DNA of 64,000 nucleotides from Patescibacteria group bacterium (GCA_038063535.1 JBBTUV010000001.1:21570-85569), one strand, 5' to 3'. Positions 40,901 through 50,181 are shown, numbered from the stretch's first letter. Notes: generated by a model from the letters alone, not told the origin. Numbers and translations are program-made.

Positions 40901-41846
40901 TTTGGGTAATGGAAGTAGCAGTGGGACTGGAAAGAGTCGGGGCAGTACATGATAGTAAATAATTAAGCGGCATGTCGTAATTTCCTCCAGCCGAAGCGGT
41001 AACTGAAGAAACGGGGCTGCCAGGGGGGCAAGCATATCCGAGCGGAGCAGAGTCGCAATATAAATTGTAAGTCCCGGGAGATAGATTCGAATTTGTGGTT
41101 AGAGTATTAAAAGTTCCGGATGGCCCAATTAAGCGCCAGGTTCCGCCGGAAGGATTGGGGATAACATTGATGGTGGCTTCAGTCGAAGCATAAGTAATCG
41201 CAAAGGTTAGCGTCCCACCTGGGCCGACGGAAGCAGTCGGACCGGGGCTGATTGACTGGACAGAGTAACTTGGGGGCGGTGTGACACTAATAGTGTAATT
41301 TGTGCTGGGTGAGCGGGGCTTTACGTTTGTATTAGAAGCTCCCGTGTAGTTTCCAGGAGTAATTGTCCAGCTTCCACCACTAACGGGACTTTGAGTAACA
41401 TTGATTGTTGCTTTCGGTCTTACATCAATACTAGTCCAGGCGCCAAGATAATAGCAGTTCCCATTGCAATTGCTTATCGCCCAGGTGGTGTTGGTTTGGG
41501 TGCCATTGGTTAAACCCAAGAGATTCAAGTTCCCAAACTCCGGTATTGGACTGACAAACCCCGGCGGACAAGGATATTGAGGGGTGGATGGAGTTCCCGT
41601 TTGATTGGTGCGACAGAGCCATTCGTTTGTATTTGATCCTACGAGCTCAAAGTTGCCAGTAGTCCCAGTGGTGATAAGTGGCCATGGGCTTGTCTGAGGC
41701 GCTCCTCCACCGAGTACTCCGGTCGTGCACTGGGTTCCCATATCATCGAGAACACAAACAGTTAAATCTGCCGCGCTAGCGTTGTTAGAGAAAGCAAAAA
41801 ACAAAAAGGCTAAGAAAAGAGAGAGTAATAATAATTTTACTTTCAT
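37968..41846 (-). CDS. giant secreted surface/adhesin-like protein (1292 aa) with tandem Cys/Asp-rich C-terminal repeats
   Basis: Signal peptide MKVKLLLLSLFLAFLFFAFSNNASA. Long S/T/G/N-rich beta-domain arrays. Three ~33-aa repeats C-S-D-x-x-D-N-D-x-D-x-x-T-D-Y-P-x-D-P-x-C near the C-terminus. Confidence 0.6.
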   Translation of the reverse strand: MKVKLLLLSLFLAFLFFAFSNNASAADLTVCVLDDMGTQCTTGVLGGGAPQTSPWPLITTGTTGNFELVGSNTNEWLCRTNQTGTPSTPQYPCPPGFVSPIPEFGNLNLLGLTNGTQTNTTWAISNCNGNCYYLGAWTSIDVRPKATINVTQSPVSGGSWTITPGNYTGASNTNVKPRSPSTNYTISVTPPPSYSVQSISPGPTASVGPGGTLTFAITYASTEATINVIPNPSGGTWRLIGPSGTFNTLTTNSNLSPGTYNLYCDSAPLGYACPPGSPVSSVTASAGGNYDMPLNYLLSCTAPTLSSPTATSITQTGATLGATVTSNGGCALTARGTVWGTSPSPTGNQLAEGGTAVSAFSHVRTGMSCGTTYRYRGYAINSDGLIGYSSDGTFTTVACPAPDLVAGAPTPTSATAGSSTTFSSTITNNGNASTGSSFTNAFQFDNDADHSTVYAGQTSASIGPLAASGSAGTSSSYTFPSSGTWYVRVCADNNGSMTDGTIGESNEGNNCSASWVAVTVNPAPVMSGTLSASDCTITSGASSCTSSLSWSTTNPVATSSVTSNKNNSGASSPNFLVATGNSGSTTAPVFGGSPNGTRLFELYNNSQFLSGDTAVATCTAGTAWSGALCANIPPVANAGPDKPITLPTSTSAPTSTSATDTAPGTISTTVWSFISGPGPIPTITNGGTLTPSFSNMTTAGSYIFRLTATDNNGATGTDDMQVTVSNALVMSGTLSGPNCIILLNASSCTTTLSWTVTNPEVVLGSNVTSNTNDTGAASPNFIIAPLVTTGTVDSGTKAGVIIPYSSRTFFLNNNTKSLYPTSPSGGGLTITASCTSGTGWNGTICATNVIPTVTTPTSSAITSSSATLGATVTSLGVPALISARGVCYGTLANPGLGGLNGGTCVTAALSQTVPSAFTAGVSGLSASTTYNYRGYATNTTGTGYTSNTTFATGAAGCTPGIDLTVLGGVSPTTATVGVGQQFTGTVTNGGCSGTGASFLNFFQLSNSANGGSPVFTAISQNNMLALGGATSAGATSSSHNFTSAGTYSVRLCADLDMDMTPAAGLIAESNEGNNCSSPWTNVTVSAVAPPPECSDVSNNDADAWTDYPNDPGCTNASDPTESPNPQCSDGSDNDGDGNTDYPSDPSCSSISDPDEANPPQCSDGIDNTDPEDTLVDLADPGCANGSDNDETNLAGLSVSCSTGIASALINQQVTWTASASGGSGVYPSYVWNGTDVSGGTGNPFYKTYTTSGQKSLSVVVTDSLGATGNANCTTSIGVSTLPVYRVPGFIED
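38277..38582 (-). repeat. three tandem ~100-nt coding repeats (Cys-flanked Asp-rich, putative Ca-binding modules) inside the giant protein gene
   Basis: The nucleotide periodicity is visible, e.g. GGGTCACTCGGGTAATCGGTATTGCCGTCGCCGTCGTT versus GGGTCATTCGGGTAATCGGTCCAGGCGTCGGCGTCGTT. Protein repeats are PECSDVSNNDADAWTDYPNDPGC / PQCSDGSDNDGDGNTDYPSDPSC / PQCSDGIDNTDPEDTLVDLADPGC. Confidence 0.7.
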
Positions 41847-41955
41847 GTAAATAATTATAGCACAGAATAATCACGTAATTAATGCAAGCGGAAGTGTGGA
41901 AAAGAAGAATCCCCGCCTGGTATGACGGGGTTCTTGGACCGACCTTGTCGGGCCA

Positions 41956-43449
41956 CTACTTCAGCCGCGGAAAGTGCTCATGCACGATTCGCGGGATAAG
42001 GTTCTTTGGAAGTTCGCGCCGCGGCGGAGACTGAATAGCCGCCAGCGAGAGCGAAGCGAAGGGGGCTCCCGGCGCAGAGAGCGACCCCTGCAACCCGTCT
42101 GCTCCCACCCAATAGAACGCGTCCCAGGGCTCATCGCGCTCTTCGCGCTCGCCGTTATACACCCACGCCCGGCCAATATCGCTGTTGTACTCCCGCCGTA
42201 GTGCCAAGAGGTCTTCGGCAGAGAGAACATAAGCGATATCCTGCTTTTGTATAGGGGTCGGGCTGGTGACAGGTGGACAACCGGCAGTCCGCATGTTGCT
42301 AAGCCACATGCAGGTATGACCTACGGCCGGGATGGCATGGGAGAGCTCGTGATGAGCCCCCTGTGGACCGTATTTCCTGAGGTACGATGAATCCATCGTA
42401 ATCGAGCCCGTCCACCAATCCCTCACCAGACCGCCGAACGACGCCGCGAGGACATTGTCCTTGATGAAGACGAGTATCCCGCTGTCTGCGGCCTCGCTCT
42501 TGCTTGCGAGGACTACCCGTTCCTGGCAATACGCCCGATTCATCGAATCGAGCACCTCTGCCTGGAACCGGGCCAGGAACCCTGCCGGCGGGTCCTCGTT
42601 GAATCCGACCTTCGCCGGGAATTGTAACCAACCGCCATCCATGTAGAGCCACCCTCGTCCATCTGGGTGCATGACTCTATGGTAGAAGGAGAAGTTAGTC
42701 GGCTGTTCCGGAGTTGGTAATGGAACGGTGTAGGCTTTCCGGTAGTCGATCGGGACCGATACCGCCGGCCCCGACGTTGCGCAGACCGGAGTCGTCCGGA
42801 TTCTCGCGATCATCGGAATTGCCGATGTCCGCCAGTATTCCGGACCAGTGAGTCCGCACATCCACTTGAGATCTGCATCCCCACGGAAACACACGGGAAC
42901 GTTCGCCATCCCGACGTAGCGCGAATTGAGATTGTTGCGCCCGTCGGGACCGGTAAGTGCAGAGTCTCTGGGCCCATCCTTCGGACCCATCACTGCCCAG
43001 ACTCTTGGAAAGTACTTCCTTCCCAGGGAGTCGCGGGCCGCGACTTGCCTCTGGTCCATCCGGAGTGTGACGGAAACTTCGCTGCACTTTTGGACGGGAA
43101 CTGCCCCGTCGGACTCCGATCTTGCGCACCATTCCTGAGACGCAAGAGGCGGGATCATCCCATCCGCATTGCACGGATACGAAATCCCGGAGAGAGTGCA
43201 GGTAAAGGTGACGGGCTTCCCGAGCGAACTCGTCGCGCTGACCGAGATCGTAAGGTGGGCCTTGGGGAAATCCGGCAAACCGGACTGTGGGACAGTCGCA
43301 GGCGCCGTTGCCGAGAACGCTGTGATAACGTTCACCGGTGGTGGGGGCGGGGGTGGGGGCGGTTCGACCGGGGTCGGGCCGCAAGCGATTGCAAATGCGG
43401 CCATCAGGCCGCAGATGCGCGGCGAGATAGGACGCATTGTAACCTCCAA
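41956..43449 (-). CDS. signal-peptide protein with an HExxH (zinc-protease-like) motif and a poly-Pro linker
   Basis: Signal MRPISPRICGLMAAFAIAC followed by PPPPPPPPP. HHELSHAIPAVGH (HExxH...H) at aa 366-378. GC-rich relative to surrounding genes. Confidence 0.45.
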   Translation of the reverse strand: MEVTMRPISPRICGLMAAFAIACGPTPVEPPPPPPPPPVNVITAFSATAPATVPQSGLPDFPKAHLTISVSATSSLGKPVTFTCTLSGISYPCNADGMIPPLASQEWCARSESDGAVPVQKCSEVSVTLRMDQRQVAARDSLGRKYFPRVWAVMGPKDGPRDSALTGPDGRNNLNSRYVGMANVPVCFRGDADLKWMCGLTGPEYWRTSAIPMIARIRTTPVCATSGPAVSVPIDYRKAYTVPLPTPEQPTNFSFYHRVMHPDGRGWLYMDGGWLQFPAKVGFNEDPPAGFLARFQAEVLDSMNRAYCQERVVLASKSEAADSGILVFIKDNVLAASFGGLVRDWWTGSITMDSSYLRKYGPQGAHHELSHAIPAVGHTCMWLSNMRTAGCPPVTSPTPIQKQDIAYVLSAEDLLALRREYNSDIGRAWVYNGEREERDEPWDAFYWVGADGLQGSLSAPGAPFASLSLAAIQSPPRRELPKNLIPRIVHEHFPRLK

Positions 43450-43524
43450 AAGTTGTAGAAAGAGCGGGCGCGGGATTGCGCCTTTTCAGTCTTATTTAAC
43501 GCCTAAATTCAGCTAAAATCAAGG

Positions 43525-43553
43525 TTTTCCACGTGTGCACAGCAAGTGGAAAA
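43525..43553. promoter_or_regulatory. 8-bp-stem dyad (TTTTCCAC-N13-GTGGAAAA) in the 5' region of the HExxH-motif gene
   Basis: Read directly. Lies between the divergent HExxH-motif gene and the GIY-YIG gene. Confidence 0.3.
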
Positions 43554-43676
43554 GTCAAAATATGCTTGAAACTAAAGGGTTTGCGTTCGCAAGAAAAGCA
43601 TGATAGTATACCTGTATATAGTCCTCGAAAGCGGGACTATTTTAGTTAGGAGCGAAGTGAGTAACTACCCTGTTAA

Positions 43677-43952
43677 ATGATTTCAAGTAAAGGAAAATTT
43701 TACTACATATATGTCCTTCTATCTCACGCGGATAAGAAGTTCTATGTAGGATATGCAAATAACTTGAAATCACGATTTGAGCAGCACGTGAAAGGCTCAG
43801 TCCTTTCTACGAAAAATCGAAGACCGTTAGAATTAATTTACTCTGAGGCCTGCCTTGATAAACGCGACGCAATGCATCGAGAAAGATACCTGAAGACATT
43901 TCACGGTAAACAATTTCTGAGAAATAGGCTCAAATCGTATTTAACAGGGTGA
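43677..43952 (+). CDS. GIY-YIG domain nuclease-family protein (UPF0213/YhbQ-like)
   Basis: FYYIYVLLSHADKKFYVGYANNLKSRFEQH...R..E. This is the GIY-(10)-YVG, R, E signature. Confidence 0.8.
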   Translation: MISSKGKFYYIYVLLSHADKKFYVGYANNLKSRFEQHVKGSVLSTKNRRPLELIYSEACLDKRDAMHRERYLKTFHGKQFLRNRLKSYLTG

Positions 43953-43990
43953 AGATTTTTATACTCATTACCATTCGTTAAAAATCATTC

Positions 43991-45133
43991 ATGCTTGACC
44001 TAAAAACATTCAAATCCGCCCTCGAACAGCTCGAGGAAGAGCGCAAAATACCGAAAGAAAAAATCCTCGATGCCATCGAGCAGGCGATGGCCGCCGCCTA
44101 CAAGAAAGATTACGGCAAAAAGGGTCAGATCATCCGCGCCAAGTTCGATCTTGATACGGGCAAAACCGATTTCTATAAAGTGAAGATCGTGGTTGATGAT
44201 TCGATCGTGCGGATGGAGGACGAAGAACTGAAAGAGAACGACGAACGCGTGCTTTTCAACTCTGAGCATCATATTCTCATTGCTGATGCGAGGAAAATTA
44301 AGAAGGATGTCGAGCAGAACGACGAAGTGGTCTTTCCGCTCGAAGCCAAAGACGATTACGGCCGCATCGCCGCGCAAACCGCTAAGCAAGTCATCATCCA
44401 GAAGATCCGGGAGGCGGAACGAAGCTCGATCATCGACGAATACGGCACTAAAGAGGGAGAGATCATCTCTGGCATCGTGCAGAAGGTCGAGCGTGGCAAT
44501 GTCTACGTCGACTTCAACCGCGCAACCGGGATACTTCCGGCCGAAGAGCAGATCCCAGGCGAGTATCTCGAGCGCGGAGTGCGGGCGCGGGCATACTTGT
44601 ATTCTGTCGAGGACACTCCGCGAGGAATCAATCTGCGTCTCTCCCGCACTCACCCAAAATTTTTGGAAAAACTTTTCGCGATTGAAGCGCCAGAGATCGC
44701 GAGCGGCGTGGTGGAAGTAAAATCGGTCGCCCGCGAAGCCGGTTCACGCTCGAAGATCGCGGTTCACTCGCTCGACGAGCATATCGATCCGGTCGGCTCT
44801 TGCGTCGGCCAGCGCGGGACCCGCGTGAACACCGTGACGAGCGAGCTTGCCGGCGAAAAGATCGACATCATTCCTTGGTCAGAAGACACAAAACAATTTA
44901 TCACAAACGCACTCTCCCCCGCGAAAGTCACCTCTATCGAGCTCGACGAGGGGGAACACAAGGCGACCGTGGAGGTCGCCCCCGACCAGTTATCGCTCGC
45001 TATCGGAAAGGGCGGACAGAACGTGCGCCTCGCGGCCAAACTTACCGGCTGGAGGATAGATATTAAATCAAGTGGGGCGGAGGCAGAAAAGAAAGGGGGC
45101 GAGGAAAAAGAAAATATCGAAGAGGGAAATTAA
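43991..45133 (+). CDS. nusA: transcription termination/antitermination factor NusA
   Basis: N-terminal domain, S1 domain (GEIISGIVQKVERGNVYVDF), two KH domains (AIGKGGQNVRLAAKLTGWRIDI). Confidence 0.9.
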   Translation: MLDLKTFKSALEQLEEERKIPKEKILDAIEQAMAAAYKKDYGKKGQIIRAKFDLDTGKTDFYKVKIVVDDSIVRMEDEELKENDERVLFNSEHHILIADARKIKKDVEQNDEVVFPLEAKDDYGRIAAQTAKQVIIQKIREAERSSIIDEYGTKEGEIISGIVQKVERGNVYVDFNRATGILPAEEQIPGEYLERGVRARAYLYSVEDTPRGINLRLSRTHPKFLEKLFAIEAPEIASGVVEVKSVAREAGSRSKIAVHSLDEHIDPVGSCVGQRGTRVNTVTSELAGEKIDIIPWSEDTKQFITNALSPAKVTSIELDEGEHKATVEVAPDQLSLAIGKGGQNVRLAAKLTGWRIDIKSSGAEAEKKGGEEKENIEEGN

Positions 45134-45151
45134 TAAATTATAATTAAAGAC

Positions 45152-47146
45152 ATGAATACATATCTTTGGTTTGCAGTGCTAAGCTCGGTGGTCGCAATCG
45201 TCTATGGATTATTCCTGGCCAGATCGATACTCAAGAAAAGCGAGGGCGACGAGAAGATGAAAAAGATATCTCTCGCCATCCGCGAGGGCGCAAAGGCGTA
45301 TTTGAACCGCCAGTACAAGACGATCGCTTACATCGCCGCGATCCTTTTCGTGATCCTCTGGCTTTTCATTGGTCTTACCACCGCGCTCGGGTTCCTCTTC
45401 GGCGCATTTCTCTCCGCGCTGGCCGGATACGTGGGCATGAATGTCTCGGTCCGCGCGAATGCCCGCACTGCCGAAGCCGCAAAAACCGGACTCAAAGAAT
45501 CCCTCGCGCTTGCGTTTCAGGGCGGCTCGGTTACGGGGCTACTTGTCGTCGGGCTTGCGCTTCTCGGCGTTGCTCTATTTTTCATATTGACTGGTGACGT
45601 GAAAGCGCTCATCGGCCTCGGGTTCGGCGGCTCACTCATCTCGGTCTTTGCGCGGCTGGGCGGCGGAATTTTCACCAAAGCGGCTGACGTGGGCGCGGAT
45701 CTCGTCGGTAAAATCGAAGCTGGTATTCCGGAAGACGATCCGCGAAACCCGGCAGTGATCGCGGACAACGTGGGAGACAACGTCGGCGACTGCGCTGGTA
45801 TGGCAGCGGACCTTTTCGAAACTTATGCGGTGACATCGATCGCCGCCATGCTCCTCGGTTCGCTTCTCTTTGTGGGAATGGCAGGCGCTCTTATATACCC
45901 CCTCGCGCTCGGCGCAGCGGCAGTGCTCGCCTCGATCGCTGGCACTTGGTTCGTGCGGTTAGGAAAAGGAGGAAATATTATGGGCGCTCTATATAAGGGG
46001 CTCATCGCCTCGGGGACAATCTCCGCAATTCTTTTCTACCCGCTCACTAACGCCCTCATGGGCGCAAACGGCATCTACAGCACCGCCGCCCTATATCTTG
46101 CAACGCTCCTAGGCCTTGCCGTCACAGGACTCTTGGTGCTTATCACTGAGTATTACACCTCCACGAAATTCAAGCCGGTCAGATCGATCGCCGAAGCTTC
46201 TCGCTCTGGCCATGGTACCAACATCATCCAGGGTCTCGCAGTCTCGATGAAATCGACAGCGCTTCCTGTCATTGTGATCGTCGGCGGAATTCTCGCCGCC
46301 CATGAACTTGCAGGACTCTACGGTATCGCCATCGCTGCGATGTCGATGCTTTCGATGGCCGGTATCATCGTCGCGATAGATTCTTACGGGCCGATCACCG
46401 ACAATGCCGGGGGTATCGCCGAGATGGCCGGGCTGCCAGCCGAAGTCCGAAAAGTCACGGATGCACTCGACGCAGTCGGCAACACCACTAAAGCTGTCAC
46501 CAAAGGCTACGCCATCGGCTCGGCCGGCCTCGCGGCACTCGTTCTCTTCGCTTCTTACACGCAAGAGTTCTCCGGAGCCGGAGTGCAGCTCGATTTCTCA
46601 CTTGAGAATCCACTTCTTATCGCCGGGCTTTTCATCGGAGGACTTCTCCCCTATTGGTTCGGAGCACTTTCAATGGAAGCAGTCGGGAGAGCAGCCGGGG
46701 CGGTCGTCGAAGAAGTGCGGAGGCAGTTCCGCGAGATCAAGGGCATCATGGACGGCAGCGGTGCACCGGAATACGGCAAGTGTGTAGACATCGTCACCAA
46801 AAACGCGATACGCGAGATGATAGTGCCTGCTCTTATCCCGGTGCTTGCTCCGATACTGGTGGGATTTCTCCTGGGTCCGGTTGCGCTCGGAGGACTCTTG
46901 ATGGGCTCGATCATTACCGGGCTTTTCGTGGCTATCTCGATGACTTCCGGGGGCGGAGCTTGGGACAATGCGAAGAAATATATCGAAGCCGGGAATTTGG
47001 GCGGTAAGGGCTCGGATGCACACAAGGCCGCCGTTACCGGCGACACCGTCGGCGACCCGTATAAAGACACGGCCGGCCCGGCAATAAACCCGATGATAAA
47101 AATACTCAATATCGTTGCCTTGCTTCTGGTCGCCCTCTTGATATAA
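45152..47146 (+). CDS. hppA: membrane-bound proton/sodium-translocating pyrophosphatase
   Basis: About 15 TM helices. V-PPase signatures [57 protein letters not shown]. Confidence 0.9.
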   Translation: MNTYLWFAVLSSVVAIVYGLFLARSILKKSEGDEKMKKISLAIREGAKAYLNRQYKTIAYIAAILFVILWLFIGLTTALGFLFGAFLSALAGYVGMNVSVRANARTAEAAKTGLKESLALAFQGGSVTGLLVVGLALLGVALFFILTGDVKALIGLGFGGSLISVFARLGGGIFTKAADVGADLVGKIEAGIPEDDPRNPAVIADNVGDNVGDCAGMAADLFETYAVTSIAAMLLGSLLFVGMAGALIYPLALGAAAVLASIAGTWFVRLGKGGNIMGALYKGLIASGTISAILFYPLTNALMGANGIYSTAALYLATLLGLAVTGLLVLITEYYTSTKFKPVRSIAEASRSGHGTNIIQGLAVSMKSTALPVIVIVGGILAAHELAGLYGIAIAAMSMLSMAGIIVAIDSYGPITDNAGGIAEMAGLPAEVRKVTDALDAVGNTTKAVTKGYAIGSAGLAALVLFASYTQEFSGAGVQLDFSLENPLLIAGLFIGGLLPYWFGALSMEAVGRAAGAVVEEVRRQFREIKGIMDGSGAPEYGKCVDIVTKNAIREMIVPALIPVLAPILVGFLLGPVALGGLLMGSIITGLFVAISMTSGGGAWDNAKKYIEAGNLGGKGSDAHKAAVTGDTVGDPYKDTAGPAINPMIKILNIVALLLVALLI

Positions 47147-47147
47147 T

Positions 47148-47786
47148 TTGGGTATGATTAAACTCACTAGGTTTTGCGCGGTCCTTTTACTAGTTTCAGC
47201 TTTTTCTCTCACGGCACTGGCAGAAGATAGTGGAAGAGGAAAAGAACGACCATTTATGCAGTTTGCACCTGGAGGGCAAACCTGGAGAGAGGAAACGAGG
47301 GAGGCGCGCGAGGCTTTCCACGAGAAACTCCGCACAGAAAGAGAGAAATTCCTGGCGGAGCTCAGAGCAAAGAAGGAGGAGTGGAAAAATGCCACCGATG
47401 TTCGAAAGCGCGCATTCTGCGGAGTGGCCACGGATATCGTGAAAAGACGATTCGGAGTTGCAACCGGAGCGCTAGAGGCAATCCAGGCACGAGTCGAGAG
47501 CGCAATTGAGAAACTCACCGACGAGGGCAAAGATACCAGCGCTGCTGAAGAAGCACTTGATGTTTCAGAAGCCAAGCTCGCTGAAGCAAAAGAAAAAGCC
47601 GAAGATATAAAAGCCTTGATACCGGAGGGAGGCTGTAAGAATATTACGCCGGAGCTTTTCGAGCAAATAAAAACTCTCGCTCGGGAAGCGAAAGATCTTT
47701 TGAAAGAATCGAAGGAGAGCCTGCGCGAGGCGATCCAGGCTCTCAAAGATCTTCGCGGTAAGACCGACGAAGATGAATCTCAATAA
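47148..47786 (+). CDS. secreted coiled-coil protein, Glu/Lys/Ala-rich
   Basis: Signal peptide MGMIKLTRFCAVLLLVSAFSLTALA. Heptad-like charged helices. Starts 2 nt after hppA. Confidence 0.45.
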   Translation: MGMIKLTRFCAVLLLVSAFSLTALAEDSGRGKERPFMQFAPGGQTWREETREAREAFHEKLRTEREKFLAELRAKKEEWKNATDVRKRAFCGVATDIVKRRFGVATGALEAIQARVESAIEKLTDEGKDTSAAEEALDVSEAKLAEAKEKAEDIKALIPEGGCKNITPELFEQIKTLAREAKDLLKESKESLREAIQALKDLRGKTDEDESQ

Positions 47787-47806
47787 TTATTAAAAACATA
47801 AATTTT

Positions 47807-48070
47807 ATGGAACCAATGGATCAAACGATGCAAACACCAGAGAGCGAACCTAAAGGTAACGGGGCCCTGGTCGGCGCAGTAATCGTCGTCCTCCTCTTGA
47901 TCATCGGGGGTGTTTATTTCTGGAAAACAAACATGAAAAAGGAAGTGGCGCCTCCGGCTCCCGAGCAGGAAGATGTCGGCGACATGGGTGGGGAGGGCGT
48001 AAGCGCGGAGGGGAACCTCGAAGCGAACTTAAACAGCGTCGACTTAGATAGCTTGGACGAAGGGCTTTAA
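47807..48070 (+). CDS. small single-pass membrane protein with acidic tail
   Basis: GALVGAVIVVLLLIIGGVYFW TM. Acidic C-terminus DVGDMGGEGVSAEG...DLDSLDEGL. Confidence 0.35.
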   Translation: MEPMDQTMQTPESEPKGNGALVGAVIVVLLLIIGGVYFWKTNMKKEVAPPAPEQEDVGDMGGEGVSAEGNLEANLNSVDLDSLDEGL

Positions 48071-48084
48071 TCTAAAAAATGAGT

Positions 48085-48163
48085 CCCGTTAGAAGCCGCG
48101 GTCGCAGTTACCATAATAAAATATCAAGTAGTCACGGGCTGACCGCGACCTGCTTCTAACGGG
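48085..48163. promoter_or_regulatory. long imperfect inverted repeat (about 20-bp arms, about 37-nt loop) ending at the tig start codon
   Basis: CCCGTTAGAAGCCGCGGTCGCAG ...loop... CTGACCGCGACCTGCTTCTAACGGG. The 3' arm abuts the ATG at 48164. Confidence 0.4.
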
Positions 48164-49009
48164 ATGAGCGTGAAAATAACGAAGCTGCCTGGGTCCGAGG
48201 CGGAGATTCTCGGCGAGCTCCCGGCGGAGGTTTTTGAGTCGCACTACGTGCCAGCGCTCCAGAAAGTGGGTGAAGACGTGGAGATCCCCGGGTTTCGCAA
48301 AGGTAAAGCGCCCGAATCTGTGCTCCTCTCGCACGTCGGAGAGATGAAGGTCCTTGAGGAGATGGCGCAAGCGGCCCTCTCGGAAGAATACCCGAAAATT
48401 CTCGAGCGCGAGAAGCTCGATGCGATCGGGGCCCCGATGATCACTATCACCAAGCTTGCGCGGAGAAACCCGCTCGGGTTCAAGATCCGGACCGCGCTTC
48501 TTCCGGAAGTCAAATTACCGGACTATAAAAAAATCGCGAGAGGAATAAAGAGTGAAATCGAGAAAGAAGAAAAACCCACCTCCGAAGAAGAAAAGAACAA
48601 AGCTTCGGAAAAAACCAGGCTCAAGATCATAGAGAGAATAATCGAGGAATCGAAGATCGAGCTGCCGGCGCTCCTTGCCGAACTTGAACTCGATAAAATC
48701 CTCCACAAAATGGAGGCCGACATCTCCGCGATGGGCCTAAAGTTCGAAGATTATCTCGCGCACATAAAAAAGACCCGCGAAGATCTCCGTAAAGAGCTCC
48801 GGCCGGATGCGGAGAAGAAAGCGAAGTTCTCGCTCATCCTCGCCGAGATCGCAAAAGTAGAAAAACTCGAGCCTAGCAAAGAAGAAGTCGATCGCGAAGT
48901 CGCGCACATCCTCGAGCACTACAAAGACGCGGACCCTGTGCGCGCCCGGATGCACGCCGAGAACGTGCTCGCCAACGAAAAAGTTTTCGTGCTTCTCGAG
49001 AGCGCTTGA
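48164..49009 (+). CDS. tig: trigger factor, short form without the PPIase domain
   Basis: N-terminal ribosome-binding domain (GFRKGKAP signature). C-terminal helical arm domain. 281 aa. Immediately upstream of clpP as in the tig-clpP-clpX synteny. Confidence 0.7.
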   Translation: MSVKITKLPGSEAEILGELPAEVFESHYVPALQKVGEDVEIPGFRKGKAPESVLLSHVGEMKVLEEMAQAALSEEYPKILEREKLDAIGAPMITITKLARRNPLGFKIRTALLPEVKLPDYKKIARGIKSEIEKEEKPTSEEEKNKASEKTRLKIIERIIEESKIELPALLAELELDKILHKMEADISAMGLKFEDYLAHIKKTREDLRKELRPDAEKKAKFSLILAEIAKVEKLEPSKEEVDREVAHILEHYKDADPVRARMHAENVLANEKVFVLLESA

Positions 49010-49040
49010 TTTTTAGAAAATTTTCATATAAACTTGAAAA

Positions 49041-49652
49041 ATGTTAATTCCTACGGTTATTGAAAAATCTTCTTTTGGCGAGAGGGCTTATGATATTTAC
49101 TCGCGGCTTTTGCGCGAGCGGATTATTTTCCTGGGCGGGCCGATTGACGACCATACTGCGAACATCGTGATCGCTCAATTACTTTTCTTAGAATCTGAGG
49201 ACTCGAAGAAGGACATTTATCTTTACATAAATTCCCCCGGCGGTTCGGTGACTTCGACCATGGCGATCGTGGACACGATGAACCATGTGCGTCCGGACAT
49301 CTCAACTTTCTGCGTGGGCGTCGCGGCCTCCGGCGGCGCGATAATTCTTTCGGCCGGGAAAAAAGGCAAGCGCTACATCCTCCCGAACGCGGAAGTCATG
49401 ATCCATCAGCCGGCCGGCGGAGTGGAAGGCCAAGCCACGGATATTGCCATCACCGCCAAGCATATCTTAAAGACTCGCGACAATTTGAATAAACTCCTGG
49501 CCAAGAACACCGGCAAGCCCCTCTCGCAGGTAGAGAAAGACGTCGAGCGCGACTTCTTCATGGATGCAGAAGAAGCCAAGTCCTACGGCATCATCGACGA
49601 AATAGTCACTAAGTCGAAAGCCGCACCAAAAACAAACGGCAACTTGAAATAG
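49041..49652 (+). CDS. clpP: ATP-dependent Clp protease proteolytic subunit
   Basis: [38 protein letters not shown] (catalytic Ser), MIHQPAGG (His). Confidence 0.95.
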   Translation: MLIPTVIEKSSFGERAYDIYSRLLRERIIFLGGPIDDHTANIVIAQLLFLESEDSKKDIYLYINSPGGSVTSTMAIVDTMNHVRPDISTFCVGVAASGGAIILSAGKKGKRYILPNAEVMIHQPAGGVEGQATDIAITAKHILKTRDNLNKLLAKNTGKPLSQVEKDVERDFFMDAEEAKSYGIIDEIVTKSKAAPKTNGNLK

Positions 49653-49725
49653 TTGACGGAATCCACTAAATAATTTATAATAATCTTGAACTTTAGAGGC
49701 CTTACGGCCAGAGAGGAGCAACGCC

Positions 49726-49905
49726 ATGCGACGTGCTGGTGGACGACGGGGTCGCTCTCGCGAAGACGACGAGGGCGAGGGGCTTCCGGATGAGGAGCTC
49801 GACGATGAGGACGAGGAGGACTGGGAAGAGGAAGATGACGACCCCCCTGAAGCCCCCTTTCCTCGTCCGCGGATGGAGGAACCCCCGGGGCGATTCGGAG
49901 ACTAG
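49726..49905 (+). CDS. possible 59-aa protein: Arg-rich N-terminus plus polyacidic stretch (MRRAGGRRGRSREDDEGEGLPDEELDDEDEEDWEEEDDDPPEAPFPRPRMEEPPGRFGD)
   Basis: Hand-translated. SD GAGAGGAG ends 8 nt before the ATG. Below the 60-aa cutoff of the ORF track. Lies in a ~250-bp GC-rich islet between clpP and rny. The competing antisense ORF 49583..49939 overlaps the clpP 3' end and looks spurious. Confidence 0.3.
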   Translation: MRRAGGRRGRSREDDEGEGLPDEELDDEDEEDWEEEDDDPPEAPFPRPRMEEPPGRFGD

Positions 49906-49924
49906 CTGAATCGCGGCAGCAAAC

Positions 49925-49964
49925 GGGTCGGGCGTGCACTGCGCGCTCGGCCCGTGATCTTTTT
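49925..49964 (+). terminator. candidate intrinsic terminator after the clpP/small-ORF unit
   Basis: GGGTCGGGCG-tgcactgcg-CGCTCGGCCC (imperfect stem) followed by GTGATCTTTTT. Confidence 0.3.
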
Positions 49965-50181
49965 ATACACTGCTCGCGCTAGACAAAAATCGGCCGCTTT
50001 GATATACTTTCCAACGTGAATCTTATTAATTTTTCGTTTAATTTTACCTTGGTTTATAGGAATATCCCATTATGATCCGATCCGGCAAGATGCGCATTGA
50101 ATTTGTTTTAGAAAATCATTTTGTGAGCAACTCACCTCTGGAAATATAGTGGCTTGTTCTTGTAAGCCGGGCTAACGGCTT

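Noticed and set aside
48085-48163. Checked the inverted repeat upstream of tig as a possible tRNA or other small RNA gene
   Set aside because: About 20 bp of contiguous pairing between the two ends is incompatible with a cloverleaf. No T-loop (GTTCRA) or D-loop signatures. No tRNA could be recognised by eye in any other intergenic region (43450-43676, 49653-50181, 51718-51826, 59106-59234, 60055-60158).
49583-49939. 118-aa minus-strand ORF spanning the clpP 3' end and the GC-rich islet
   Set aside because: It overlaps 70 nt of the well-supported clpP gene in antisense. Its translation is Pro/Arg-rich without motifs. The + strand 59-codon ORF with a good SD is the more plausible reading, though still uncertain.
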